Part shown: positions 20,216 to 30,349 of the stretch, piece by piece | How positions within the stretch are numbered: the first letter of the stretch is position 1 | Layout of the letters: each line of letters starts with the position of its first letter | Assembly: GCA_044344255.1 (NCBI GenBank) | Contig: JBIJDH010000005.1 | Span: 128,001 to 192,000 of the forward strand | Direction of reading: 5' to 3' | DNA: 64,000 bases | Source: Myxococcota bacterium | GTDB lineage: Bacteria; Myxococcota_A; UBA796; UBA2385 | Program-made: the position numbers and the translations under genes | The notes under the pieces: generated by a model | The model's input: the letters and a program-made list of their open reading frames with translations, nothing else | Databases searched by the model: none | What the model was told of the DNA's origin: nothing

Positions 20216-20713
20216 TCAGCGCTCGAGCTCCACGGTGAGGTCGGCGGTCACGGAGGCCCCGGTGCCCGCCTCGGCGCCCGTCCAGGTGGAGGGGACGGTG
20301 AGGAGCGTCGGGTCCGCGCTCGTCAGCGTGAGGTGGCTGCCCTTGGTGTGGTCGGTCACGAGCCCGACCGCGGTCTCTCCGACCGCGATCTGGACGCTCA
20401 GGTCTTGTGCGCCGTCCATCTCCCACTGGCCGCCCTCGGCGGTCACGTCCGACTTCGGATAGACCGAGACGCTGCCCTCCGCGTTTGGGATCAGCTCGTA
20501 GCGGATTAAATAGGTGGTGTAGTCACCGCCGCCACTCGAGAACTGGATGAAGCCGACGTCGTCGATCTCCACCGAGTCTCCGCCCTCCACGTCGATCGAG
20601 AGGCTGCGCAGGTCCCACCAGCCGATGGGCTCGTATCGACAGCCGGCGAGGGGCACCGTCGCGAGCAGGGCGTAGATCGAGAGGGCAGCGCGGGAGCCGG
20701 GGGAGCGGGGCAT
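20216..20713 (-). CDS. Hypothetical lipoprotein (last gene of a five-gene coupled operon)
   Basis: LAGC lipobox; TGATG overlap with the upstream gene. Confidence 0.65.
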   Translation of the reverse strand: MPRSPGSRAALSIYALLATVPLAGCRYEPIGWWDLRSLSIDVEGGDSVEIDDVGFIQFSSGGGDYTTYLIRYELIPNAEGSVSVYPKSDVTAEGGQWEMDGAQDLSVQIAVGETAVGLVTDHTKGSHLTLTSADPTLLTVPSTWTGAEAGTGASVTADLTVELER

Positions 20714-22002
20714 CAGAAATTCCCCTGGACGTTGAAGGACCACGACGAGACGTTGGTGGCGAAGGGATAGAGCGCGAGCAGCTCGGGGTCATTAAACAGC
20801 ACGGTGCCGCCGCCGCCGATCTTGCCGTCCTTCGACATCGCCCTCCCCTCCACCCGCGCCGAGACATAGGTGCCGCCCTCGACGCCGAAGATGGGCTGGC
20901 CGGGGAGGCGCACCATGCCGGCCTGCCCGAGGAAGCCTGTGCCGGTCGTGCCGGAGCGCTTGGCGTGGAAGCCGGGGCTGTGGACGCCGAGGGTGAGCAG
21001 GTGGAGCTGCTTCGTGGGCCGAGTGGCGTAAGCGCCGTGGACATCGACCCACTCAAAGAGGTCATCCTGCTCGACGTGGGTGGTGCGCAAGCGACCGACA
21101 CCGCCCAGGAGCCCGTCGAGGCCGCTCGCCGCCTCCGTCTCGGCCTCGGCCACCCCCTCGATCACGGGCGGGCCGAAGGAGAGGTCGCGGAGATAGACGC
21201 TCGAGTAGCCGAGGGGCTTGGAGAGGCGCCTCACGGGCATCCGGGTGCCCCCGGCCTTGAGCTGGCCGAGCACGCTCACGCCGTCAAAGCGCAGCACGCT
21301 CGAGACCCCGATGCCGAGGGTGTCTTCGCCGACGTCGGCGTAGAGGCCCTGAGAGCCCGCGTAGCCGGCGCGGGCGTGGACCCGCTTCGTCTCGTAGCGG
21401 AGGCCGCCGATCCAGTCCATCGCGAAGGCGCTGGCCCCCTCTTGGGTGGCCCAGCCACCGGAGATGGGGCCCAGCGCGGCGAGGGTGCCGGCGTACATCG
21501 GCACGGCGCCGAGCCAGAGCATCCCCCGCAGGAAGGGGTTCGGATAGGCCTGCTGGCCGAAGGTGACGCTCGAGCTGTAGAAGACGCCGAAGTTGCCCCA
21601 ATGGCCCGTCACCCCGATGTTGCCGGCCTGCATGTCGAGGGGGCGCACCTGGACACGGTAGTTGGAGGGACAATTGCCCTTTCCCTCCGCGCTGTTGTCG
21701 AAGGAGACCACCTGGGCGGCGTTGAAGGTAAACGTCCACTGGGCGGCGAAGGTGCCGCCGTCTTCGGGGGAGTCTTTCTCTCGGGCCACCGGGAAGAGCG
21801 CGCGCTCGGCGAAGGCGGTGGCGCTGTAGGTGTTCTGGTTGACCTGCAGGGCCGCGCGCGCGTTCTCGAAGCCTGCGGTGCCAGCGATGGGGTTACCGCC
21901 GTTGAGCGCGCAGTCGGTGCCCTCGGGGCGGAGGACGCCGTCGTCCGAGGCCCAGGCGGGGGAGAGGCCGAGCGAGAGGAGGCCGAGGAGGAGGCCCGTC
22001 AT
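20713..22002 (-). CDS. Putative outer-membrane beta-barrel protein
   Basis: Signal peptide (AWA); alternating beta-strand pattern; C-terminal SFNVQGNF (terminal Phe, BAM-like signal); ATGA overlap. Confidence 0.6.
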   Translation of the reverse strand: MTGLLLGLLSLGLSPAWASDDGVLRPEGTDCALNGGNPIAGTAGFENARAALQVNQNTYSATAFAERALFPVAREKDSPEDGGTFAAQWTFTFNAAQVVSFDNSAEGKGNCPSNYRVQVRPLDMQAGNIGVTGHWGNFGVFYSSSVTFGQQAYPNPFLRGMLWLGAVPMYAGTLAALGPISGGWATQEGASAFAMDWIGGLRYETKRVHARAGYAGSQGLYADVGEDTLGIGVSSVLRFDGVSVLGQLKAGGTRMPVRRLSKPLGYSSVYLRDLSFGPPVIEGVAEAETEAASGLDGLLGGVGRLRTTHVEQDDLFEWVDVHGAYATRPTKQLHLLTLGVHSPGFHAKRSGTTGTGFLGQAGMVRLPGQPIFGVEGGTYVSARVEGRAMSKDGKIGGGGTVLFNDPELLALYPFATNVSSWSFNVQGNF

Positions 22003-22394
22003 GGGGCACCCCCTTCCCACTCGACCACCCAGTCGCAGCTCGGATCGGCGGCCAGCCAGGCCTCGATGTCATCGCCGAGGCCCTCCACCGTCTCGCAGGG
22101 GAGGTTTCGGAGGGTGTAGGCGCAGGAGAAGAGGTCTTCGGCCCCGAGCTCGTCGAGGCGGGGGTCGTCCGCCTCCCACTCGATGCAGGAGGTCTCGTCC
22201 TCGAAGTGTTCGAAGGCGGTGTTCGCGGCTTCGACGTCGCCCGTGCAGGCGTGGGTGCGGGCCGCGATGGCCCAGCCCACCTCCTTGCAGGGCTGGTCGG
22301 CGGGCATGGGCTCGACGAGGTGGCAGGCGGCGAGGAGCAGGAGGGCAGCCCCGAAGAAGGGGGGGGCAGACCCGAAGGCGAGGGCGCGGCTCAT
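21999..22394 (-). CDS. Cys-rich small lipoprotein
   Basis: LLAAC lipobox followed by six further Cys; ATGA overlaps on both sides. Confidence 0.7.
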   Translation of the reverse strand: MSRALAFGSAPPFFGAALLLLAACHLVEPMPADQPCKEVGWAIAARTHACTGDVEAANTAFEHFEDETSCIEWEADDPRLDELGAEDLFSCAYTLRNLPCETVEGLGDDIEAWLAADPSCDWVVEWEGGAP

Positions 22395-22792
22395 GGGAGC
22401 ACCACCGTGTTGGGCTCGACGTCGGCGATCTCGACCCAGTCGATGAGCGCGCCGCTCGGGCTGTCGCGGAAGGCCCAGACGTGACCCACGTAGGTCGGCT
22501 GGTCGTAGGCGGCGCCGGGGGTGAGCGTGTTGTAGGCGATCTCCGCGCAGAGGGAGTCGACCCACAGCACGGAGACGTCCGTCGCCCGCTGGTTCTCGAC
22601 GTGCAGGGTGTGGGCCGCGCCCGCCGTCGCCGCCGAGCAGGGGGGCGTGTCGCCGCCGTCGGCGCCGTCCCCGCCGTCGCCTGCGCCGTGGGCGGTGTCG
22701 GCCGGGAGCCGCTCGGGGAAGTAGGCGGGCTCCCCGCAGGCGGCGAGCCCGACGAGGAGGAGGGACAGGACCGAGGCCTTTCGTCCAATCAT
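22391..22792 (-). CDS. Lipoprotein with VHL beta-domain
   Basis: LAAC lipobox; VENQRATDVSVLWVD..AEIAYNTLTPG...QPTYVGHVWAFRD closely matches the pVHL beta-domain pattern. Confidence 0.8.
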   Translation of the reverse strand: MIGRKASVLSLLLVGLAACGEPAYFPERLPADTAHGAGDGGDGADGGDTPPCSAATAGAAHTLHVENQRATDVSVLWVDSLCAEIAYNTLTPGAAYDQPTYVGHVWAFRDSPSGALIDWVEIADVEPNTVVLP

Positions 22793-23691
22793 AGGGTCTC
22801 GACCTGCAGGGTGGAGACCGCCAGCCGAAGCTGTCGGGTGGTGGTGCGCCGCTCGAAGAGCTCGACCCCCTCGGGCAACCCGATGGCCTCGAGCTCTCGG
22901 CGGGCTCGGTGCAGGCTCACATAGAGCTGATTGGCGGACTGACGCAGCATGGTGAGGAGGTCTGACGTATAGACCCAACCCTGTCCGGAGGCCGGCACTT
23001 GGGCGTCCTCCATCCGCGCCCGCGCCAGCGTGAGCAGCAGGTAGTGGTGTGCGCGAGCGGGGAGGGAGTGGCGGATCCCGCCGAGCTCGGCGGTCAGCTC
23101 CACATACTCTTCATCCGGCGTGACCTTGAAGGAGAGGGCGAGGGCCGGCGCCTCGACGCGCTGTGCGCGGACCTCCGCCGTGGCCGCGACGGCCTCCGGG
23201 AGCGTGAGCGACCAACGGCGGCCGACCACGTCGACCTCTGCGCCGCTGCGCACCGGCCCGCTCTGGCCACCCTCGCAGCGGAGCCAGCCCTCCTCGGGGT
23301 CATAGACGATGACCACGACGGGGTCCTCGGGGCTCGGGATGGCGAGGAGCTCGTCCTGCCCCTCCAGATAGAGCTCCCCGGAGCGGGCGCAGGGGGCGGG
23401 GGGCGCGTCGTCGGCGAAGGTCATTCGCTCGCCGGGCCGACCGAGCTCGATGAGGGCGCCCGACACGAGCGGGGCCACCTCGCCCGGCCCGAGGCGCCGC
23501 CCTTCGAGCCAGGTCCCGTTCCGGCTCGCGAGGTCGCGGAGCGTCCAGCGCTGCCCATCCCAGGCGATCGCGGCGTGTTGTGCGGATACACCGGCCGCGT
23601 CCAGCACCGTGTGCATGGCGCGGGAGCGGCCGATGAGGTGGTGAGGGAGGACGGGGAGGGGGTTCCCCCGCGGATCGTGGATCTTGGCCAT
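22789..23691 (-). CDS. FHA domain protein with C-terminal winged-HTH-like domain
   Basis: IGRS, VSAQHA, DLASRNGTW (FHA). C-terminus LLLTLAR...GWVY..DL..ML....NQLYVSLHRARREL. Confidence 0.85.
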   Translation of the reverse strand: MAKIHDPRGNPLPVLPHHLIGRSRAMHTVLDAAGVSAQHAAIAWDGQRWTLRDLASRNGTWLEGRRLGPGEVAPLVSGALIELGRPGERMTFADDAPPAPCARSGELYLEGQDELLAIPSPEDPVVVIVYDPEEGWLRCEGGQSGPVRSGAEVDVVGRRWSLTLPEAVAATAEVRAQRVEAPALALSFKVTPDEEYVELTAELGGIRHSLPARAHHYLLLTLARARMEDAQVPASGQGWVYTSDLLTMLRQSANQLYVSLHRARRELEAIGLPEGVELFERRTTTRQLRLAVSTLQVETL

Positions 23692-23787
23692 GGGCCGAGG
23701 ATAGCATGGCGCTCCGAGGGCGCCCGTGGACGCCCCCTTCGACGGGCAATAGGTGCGGCGGGGGCGTGGCGCGCGCCCTGGCGCGTG

Positions 23788-23831
23788 GATCTCGCGTTGA
23801 TCTCGCGTTGATCTCGCGTTGATCTCGCGTT
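23788..23831. repeat. 4 x 11-bp direct repeat GATCTCGCGTT in a divergent promoter region
   Basis: Four exact copies, flanked by degenerate partial copies. Confidence 0.9.
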
Positions 23832-26800
23832 CATCTTCTGAAGCGGAGCTGAGCATCCCGGTCTCCCCTTCCGACCCCTCGCCTGACCTCGCCCCCAGGA
23901 CGCTGCGGGCCTGGCGCTGTCCGGCCTGTGGTGCGACCGCCTGGCTCCATCCGCCGATGGCCGCCGAGCCCCTGTGCTGCGCCCTCTGCCGAGCCTGCCT
24001 TCCGCCGGGCGCCGCGGCGACCGCCCGCTGGCTGTACCCGGCGCCGATGGGCGGCGCGGGCCGGGATGTCTCCCCGGCCGCCTCGCCGGCCGCCTCTCCG
24101 ACCCCAGCCACCGCGGCCACCCTTGATCCGGCGGCTGACCCCACCCTGAGCGTGGCCGCCGCGCCCGCCCGGCGGGTGATCGGTCGATACGCGCTGGAGT
24201 CGGAGCTCGGCCGCGGCGGAATGGGGGTGGTCTACGCGGCCCGCGACGGGGCCCTGGATCGAGCGCTCGCGCTCAAGGTGTTGATCGCCGGGGCCTACGC
24301 CTCCGAGGAGGCGCGCCACCGCTTCATCGCCGAGGCGCGCGCGGTGGCGGCGCTGAAGCACCCCTCGCTCGTGCCCGTGTTTGACATGGGCGAGTCGGAC
24401 GGGCTCCCCTGGTACGTGATGGAGCGTGTCCACGGGCCCACCCTCGATGACGTGATCCGAATCGGCGGCCCCCTCCCGGAGGCAGAGGCGATCCGTGTCA
24501 CGGCGCTCGTGAGTCGGGCCGTCCACCACGCCCACGAGACCGGCCTCGCCCACCGCGACATCAAGCCTGGCAACGTGCTGATGGAGGGGGATGGCCGCCC
24601 GCGGGTGACCGACTTTGGCCTCGTCCGCCCCCTCGACGGGCCGATGGGCGTCACCGCGACGCAGCAGGTGCTCGGCACGCCGGCCTATCTGGCGGGGGAG
24701 GTGGCCCGGGGAGAGTCGGACATCGACTGGCTGCGGGTGGATGTCTTTGGGCTCGGCGCCCTGCTCTATACCGCCCTGTCGGGCCGCCCCCCCGCGCTGG
24801 GCCGGAGCAGCGCGCAGGTGCTATCGGGGCCCCCTCGCCGTGTCGCTGCTCGGGCTGCTGACCGTGGCGGTCGCCATCGGCTGGTCGCCCACCCTCGCCT
24901 GGCTGGCCCGGCGCGAGCGGGAGGCGGGGGCCCGCGCGGCCTGGACGGCCATCCAGGCGATGCCCGAGGGAGATGTGCGGGCCGCCCAGGAGGTCGAGCT
25001 CGCCGGGAGCCCCGTCTGGCAGGGCACCGCGGCCGTCGCGGAGGCCTGGCTCTCGGTCGGTGACCGCCTCGCGGCGAAGCCGGAGGTCCGGGGCGAATAC
25101 TGCCCTCGCTCGGAGGCCCAGGTCGCCGCCTGGGCCCGCGCCCTCGTCGAGGCGCCCAACGACCGCCTGCGGGGGGACGCCCTCCGCCGCATCGCGCGCT
25201 TCAGCGCGGATCATGTGCGGATCGACGCGCTTGGGCAGGTCCTCCAGGCGATGCGGGGCCTGTCGTCGGGCTCGGTCTCTGCCGCGGATCGCGCCCCCCT
25301 CGCGCTCACCCACGCGCTCTACACCGGAGACGTTGACGCCGCAGGGCGCGCCTGGGACGAGGCGGTGGCGCTCCACAGCCCCGAGGCGTCCCTCTTCTCG
25401 GATCCCCGTCTGCGGCCTGCCTTCTTCGATGACGCCGAGCAGATCGAGCTCCGGGGTGAGGCTCTGACCCTGAACCTGCCGCTTGACCCCTCGCCGAGCG
25501 CCTTCACGGTGCGAAGCGGCGAGATGCTCAGCCTCGTCTCCCTGCTGCCCGACGTCCACCGTGTGGCCGGCCCCGTGCCCTGGCCCGCGGCCGCGCCCTC
25601 CTTCCCCATCTGGACCGCCGCGGGGCCCCGGCCTCGCCGCCCGAGCGAGACCTCTTGGTAGAACCAGATCTGCGACGTCGACGGGGACGGTGAGACCGAG
25701 CGGTATGTCGTGTGGGAGCGCGACCTCCTCCGCGTGGATGAGGCTCACCCCGACGGCGCCCCCATCATCCCGGAGCTCGGCCGCAGCAACTCGGAGCTGC
25801 GGCTCCACTGCGCCGACGTGGACGGGGACGGTCAGGACGAGCTGCTCGTGGGGCTCGGCGAGTGGAGGGGCTACGACCTGCGGGTCTATGAGGGTGGCCC
25901 GGAGGGCTACCACCTCCGCGCCCGCACCGGGCGCACGGCCACCACCGCCATCACCACGGTGCCCGACCCGGCCGGCCCGGGGCGCCTCATCGTGAGCCTC
26001 GAGGCGGACACACACTCGAACGCCAACCGGCATGGGCTCCACGATCCGGACGGCCCTCCCAGCGCCGTCCTCCTCCGTCGCCTGGAGGGGGACCGCCTAA
26101 AGGACCTTTGGGCTTGGCCCCTCCCGGGGGAGTTTGAGCGGGTGGGCGCCTTCGCCGCCGGAGACCTCGACGGGGATGGCGCGGAGGAGCTCGTCTTCGG
26201 GCTCTCCTCCGGCTCGCACTACCTGCTCTTCCTCGGCCGCCTCCGCGCGGACGCCGCGGGCTTCGCGTTCGGCGTCCACCCGGGGCTCTATCCGTACGCC
26301 CTGCAGCAGCTCGACGGGGACCCTGCGCCCGAGCTCATCGTCGGGCGCTTGCCCCCGGGCGAGACGGTGCCCACGGCCTCGGAGGTGCGGTGGATCCTCG
26401 GCCGCGGGGGCGCCGGCTTCCCCTCGCTCCCCCCCGCTCCCCCTGCCGCGGGGCTGGAGGTGCCCGCGCCGGACCTCCGCGGAGGCGCGGAGCGGGTGTG
26501 GCGGGACGCGGCCCTGCTCTTCGGCGCGGGCCTCCGGCAGAGCGCAGCCGAGCTGCTGCTCCGCTCGGCGACCGAGGCGCACGATCCGCTCCGCGCGACG
26601 GCGGCGGCCGATCTCTGGACGACGATGGGCCACGAGGCCGACGCGGCGCGGGCCGAGGAGCAGGGCGCCTGGAGCTCGCCCCCGGGGGACGCAGCGCCTC
26701 GCTGGCAGGCCGCGGTGGAGCGCTGGCTCCACGCCGCGGAGCCGGACGAGGCGCTCCGGGTGGCCGAGGCCTGGCGCGCCGCCGATGGGGCGGGGCCGAG

Positions 26801-28199
26801 CGGCGCCCTCGCCGACCGCCTCCAAGCCTGGTCGACGGCCCGCGCCTCCTCCTTGCGCCTGGAGCCGGGGGTGGCCCCCGGGGCGGACTGGGAGGTGGTC
26901 GAGCCGCTCGCCTTCGATCTGCGCGCCGGCCAGACCCACATCGACAGCCTCGGCGGCCAGCCCCGCCTCGCGGCCCTCTCCCTGCAGCCGACCGGCGGCC
27001 CGGTGGCCCTCTTCCTCGACCTCACCATCGAGCGCCTCGAGTGGAACAGCGCCTCGCGCGTGGGCTTCGGTGGGGGCCCCCTCCGCTCCGGCGTCACCTT
27101 CGGGGCCTCCGGGGCTGAGAAGGTCCACACCTTCCGGGCCTTCTTCGAGGGATGTGTGGGGGACGCCGAGCAGCCCTCCTCCATGAACCAGCACCTCACC
27201 CTCCCGCCAAGCCCGACCGCCGAGCGACCTGCCTTCCGCATGCGGGCCCGCTTCTCGTGGTCTCCAGGAGACGGCGTCTGGCGCTGCTCCATCGAGCTCC
27301 CCGATCTGGGGCAGGCCCACAGCGCGGCCCGCCCCCTGGCCCTGCCCGCCGCGCTCGACCTGAGCCTCGGGGACCTCCGCGAAGACACGGGTTCCTGGCA
27401 GCGCTTTCGGCTGGATCGGCTCGAGGTGTGGGGCGTCCGTGCGGCGCCGACGCGCGGAGACCCGCTCCAGGCCGCCCGTCAGGCCGCCCTCCGGGAGGAC
27501 CCCACCCGGGCGCTCGCGCTCCTCCCCTCGGACGCCGCCCTCGAGCGCGCGATCCTCCTCGGGAGGCTCCGCCGCCCGGCGGAGGCCATCGCGGCCTTTC
27601 GGGTGGCCCTCGAGACAGACCGCCCCACCCTGCTCCGGCGGGTCGCCTGGCTGCTGCGCGCCCACCGCGACACCTACTCCCCCCTCCTCCGAGCGGCGAG
27701 CGGCCCCGACTGGCCCACGCTCTTTGACGCCGCCTGGAACATCCCCGTGATCGGAAATCACCAGGCCCCCTGGATTGACGAGGCCCTCCGCACGGAGCTC
27801 GAAGCGGTGCCGCTCCCCGCCGTGGGAGGTGACCCCGCCTGGTTCGTCCTTTGCTACCGGGCCATGGCGCTGCTCCATGGCCCTGAGCCCGAGCGGGGCC
27901 GCGCCGCCGCCGCCGAGTGGCTCGCGGCCTTCGACCGCCTGTCGCCCGGCGTCGAGGCCCCGGAGCGTCGCCTCGCCTCCCTGCTCCACCGTGAGCTCGC
28001 CCTCGACGCCCTCACTCGGGGCGACCGCGCGACCGCCCAAGTCGAGGCAGACCGCGCGGTGGAGCGCTCTCCCACGCCCACCTTGGCGCCAGACTTCTTT
28101 CGCCTGTCGCCGGTCTGGCAAGCCGCGGGCCTCCCAGTCCCGGTGAGCCGCCCCGCCCCTGAGCCGGGCACTCCGAGCCCTCCGCCGTGGGCGGATTAG
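23819..28199 (+). pseudogene. Large Ser/Thr kinase - TM - helical/TPR - FG-GAP repeat protein, disrupted by a frameshifting deletion near 24820-24830 and an in-frame TAG at 25659-25661
   Basis: GRGGMGVVY, ALKVL, HRDIKPGN, DFGL, GTPAY. The kinase C-lobe stops abruptly and the TM helix continues in another frame. ORFs 24615-25661 and 25710-28199 are in frame. DVDGDG/DLDGDG repeats. Start uncertain. Confidence 0.75.
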
Positions 28200-28208
28200 G
28201 GGGGCCAC

Positions 28209-28925
28209 ATGCCCGACTTCCCCCTCGCCACGGCCCACGGTCCCTTCGTTGAGCTCTTTCCGGACGTGTTCGTCGTCCAGAGCGCGTTCACGATGGGCCC
28301 CCTGTTCAGCATCACACGCAACATGATCGTGCTGCGCGAGCACCGTGATCTCACGCTGGTCAACGCGGTTCGACTCAGTCCGGCGGGGGAGGAGGCGCTC
28401 CTCGGGCTCGGAGACGTGCGGCACCAGGTCAAGATCGGACACTTCCACACCCGCGACGACGCCTACGTCCGCGATCGGTTCGGCGGGACGTTCTGGGCGC
28501 CTGCACCTGCCGACCACACGACGCAGAGGCTCGTGGAGGGGGCGCCCGGTCCGCACAGCCGCGCGCGGGTGTTCGTGTTCGAACACACCGGGGCTCGAGA
28601 GGCCGCTTTGGTGCTCGACCAGGCCGAGGGGGGGCTGCTGGTCACCTGCGACAGCGTGCAGCACTGGCCGGACACGGAGGGCTGCTCCTTCCTCGGCGGC
28701 TTGGTGACCCGAGCGATGGGCTTCCTCAAGCCACCGGCGAAGATCGGACCGATCTGGGCGAAGCAGCTCACGGCAGGGAAGCCCTCCGTGCTCCGGCCGG
28801 ACTTCGATCGGCTGCTCTCGATGGGCTTCGCCCACCTGATCTCGGGACACGGCGCGCTCCTGCGGGATGTCGCGGCCCAGGAGCTCACCCGGAGCGTGGA
28901 TGTGACCTTCTCTGGGCGGCGATAG
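28209..28925 (+). CDS. DUF4336-like / metallo-beta-lactamase-fold protein
   Basis: RNMIVLR, GHFHTRD, LVTCDSVQ, LISGHG. Confidence 0.65.
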   Translation: MPDFPLATAHGPFVELFPDVFVVQSAFTMGPLFSITRNMIVLREHRDLTLVNAVRLSPAGEEALLGLGDVRHQVKIGHFHTRDDAYVRDRFGGTFWAPAPADHTTQRLVEGAPGPHSRARVFVFEHTGAREAALVLDQAEGGLLVTCDSVQHWPDTEGCSFLGGLVTRAMGFLKPPAKIGPIWAKQLTAGKPSVLRPDFDRLLSMGFAHLISGHGALLRDVAAQELTRSVDVTFSGRR

Positions 28926-29166
28926 AGGCGGCGCCGCTCGAGGAGCGGCCGCCGCGGCGGCCTGCGTCCTCACGGCCGTTGATGTCCCCTGCAGCCCGCT
29001 CTGCGCCTACGCGACCCCCGCGGCCGACCCCTACGAGGAGCCGCTCGGCGACTGCGGGAGCGAGGCCACCGCGGCGACGGGGATGTGAGGCCGACGCAGA
29101 GCGCCGCCCTGTCCTGGGCCGACCGGGTGTGATCTGGACCGCGGCGTCCCGGCTTGCCGAGGAGGG

Positions 29167-30333
29167 TCAGGTGCTCGGTGGGGCCGCGCGGGTCGTCAGC
29201 GCCGCGCTCGAGAGGCCGATGAGGCCGAGCGCGGCCACCCCACCGGCGAGCAGCGGCCCGTACCGCAGCCCCAGGAGGCGCCCGAGGCCGACCAGCCCGA
29301 ACATCACGCCGAAGCCGAGCAGCGCGCTGTTGTTCCCGAGGTTGTTGAAGGCGCTGATCCAGGCGGCGCGCCCCTGCTCGGCCTCCCGGCTTACATGTTC
29401 GCGGAAGGCGAGCTGGAAGGCGGCGAAGGCGACGCCGAGCAGCGCGGTCACTGGAAACACCACCGCGGGCTGGGTCGCCAAGGGGGAGCCGAGCGAGAGC
29501 CCGACGCCGATCATCAGCGCGGGGGCCGGCAGCATCCACCCGAGGCCGAGGCCGCCGCGTAAGAGAGGCCCCGCCGCCACGGTGCTGACGATGGCCGCGC
29601 CGTAGGCGGTGGTCACGAGCAGGCCGCCAAAGGCGGCGGCGTCTGCGCGGTGGTGGAGGTCGGAGAGGGCGTAGACGATGTTGCTCGCGAGGAGGAAGTA
29701 GGCCGCGTAGATGATCACGGCGGCCCCCACCAGCACCCGCTCGCGACCGTGGAAGGGCTCGACGGGCCCCGCGACCGCAGGCGGCGGGGCGGGCGGCGCC
29801 GCGGCCACCGCCCAGGCCGATCCCAGGGAGAGGGCGCCGAGGACCGCGAGCCCGAGGCGCATCGCCGCGCCGCCCGCTGGAAAGAGGCCGAACCACAGGG
29901 GCCCGAGCCACATGCCGCCGAAGCGCAGCGCGGTGCCGACGCGGTCGTTCATCCGGCGGCCCGCGGGGCCGGCCAGGGCGGCCGCGCGCCGATCGATCTC
30001 CTGGCCGGCGAAGTTCGCCGCCCCGCGGATGAGCACGTGCAGCAGCATGTAGAGGGGGATCGACCCCACCGAGAAGCCCAGGCCGACGAGCACGGTCACG
30101 AAGGTGAGCAGCGCCGCCCCGACCGCGCCCGGGCGGCGCCCGAAGCCCCATCGCAGCGCGGCGCGGACCCCGGCGATCGAGGCGAGGGTGCCCAGCAGCA
30201 GGGTGGTGGCCAGCCAGAGCTGCTTGTCTTCCGGAGCGGTCCGCGCGAAGAAGGCCTGGGCCGCCACGTTGAGCAGGCCGGAGGTGACGAAAGAGAGGAA
30301 GAGTAACGCTATGTTACGGGCGGCGATCATCAC
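29167..30333 (-). CDS. MFS-like 12-TM membrane protein
   Basis: Two six-helix halves joined by a Pro/Ala linker. Confidence 0.6.
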   Translation of the reverse strand: MMIAARNIALLFLSFVTSGLLNVAAQAFFARTAPEDKQLWLATTLLLGTLASIAGVRAALRWGFGRRPGAVGAALLTFVTVLVGLGFSVGSIPLYMLLHVLIRGAANFAGQEIDRRAAALAGPAGRRMNDRVGTALRFGGMWLGPLWFGLFPAGGAAMRLGLAVLGALSLGSAWAVAAAPPAPPPAVAGPVEPFHGRERVLVGAAVIIYAAYFLLASNIVYALSDLHHRADAAAFGGLLVTTAYGAAIVSTVAAGPLLRGGLGLGWMLPAPALMIGVGLSLGSPLATQPAVVFPVTALLGVAFAAFQLAFREHVSREAEQGRAAWISAFNNLGNNSALLGFGVMFGLVGLGRLLGLRYGPLLAGGVAALGLIGLSSAALTTRAAPPST

Positions 30334-30349
30334 GTCCGAGCGTTCCTGC

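Noticed and set aside
9008..25661. Stop-codon reassignment or pyrrolysine explaining the in-frame TAA and TAG
   Set aside because: The two codons differ, TAA and TAG terminate many ordinary genes here, and the kinase also has a frameshift.
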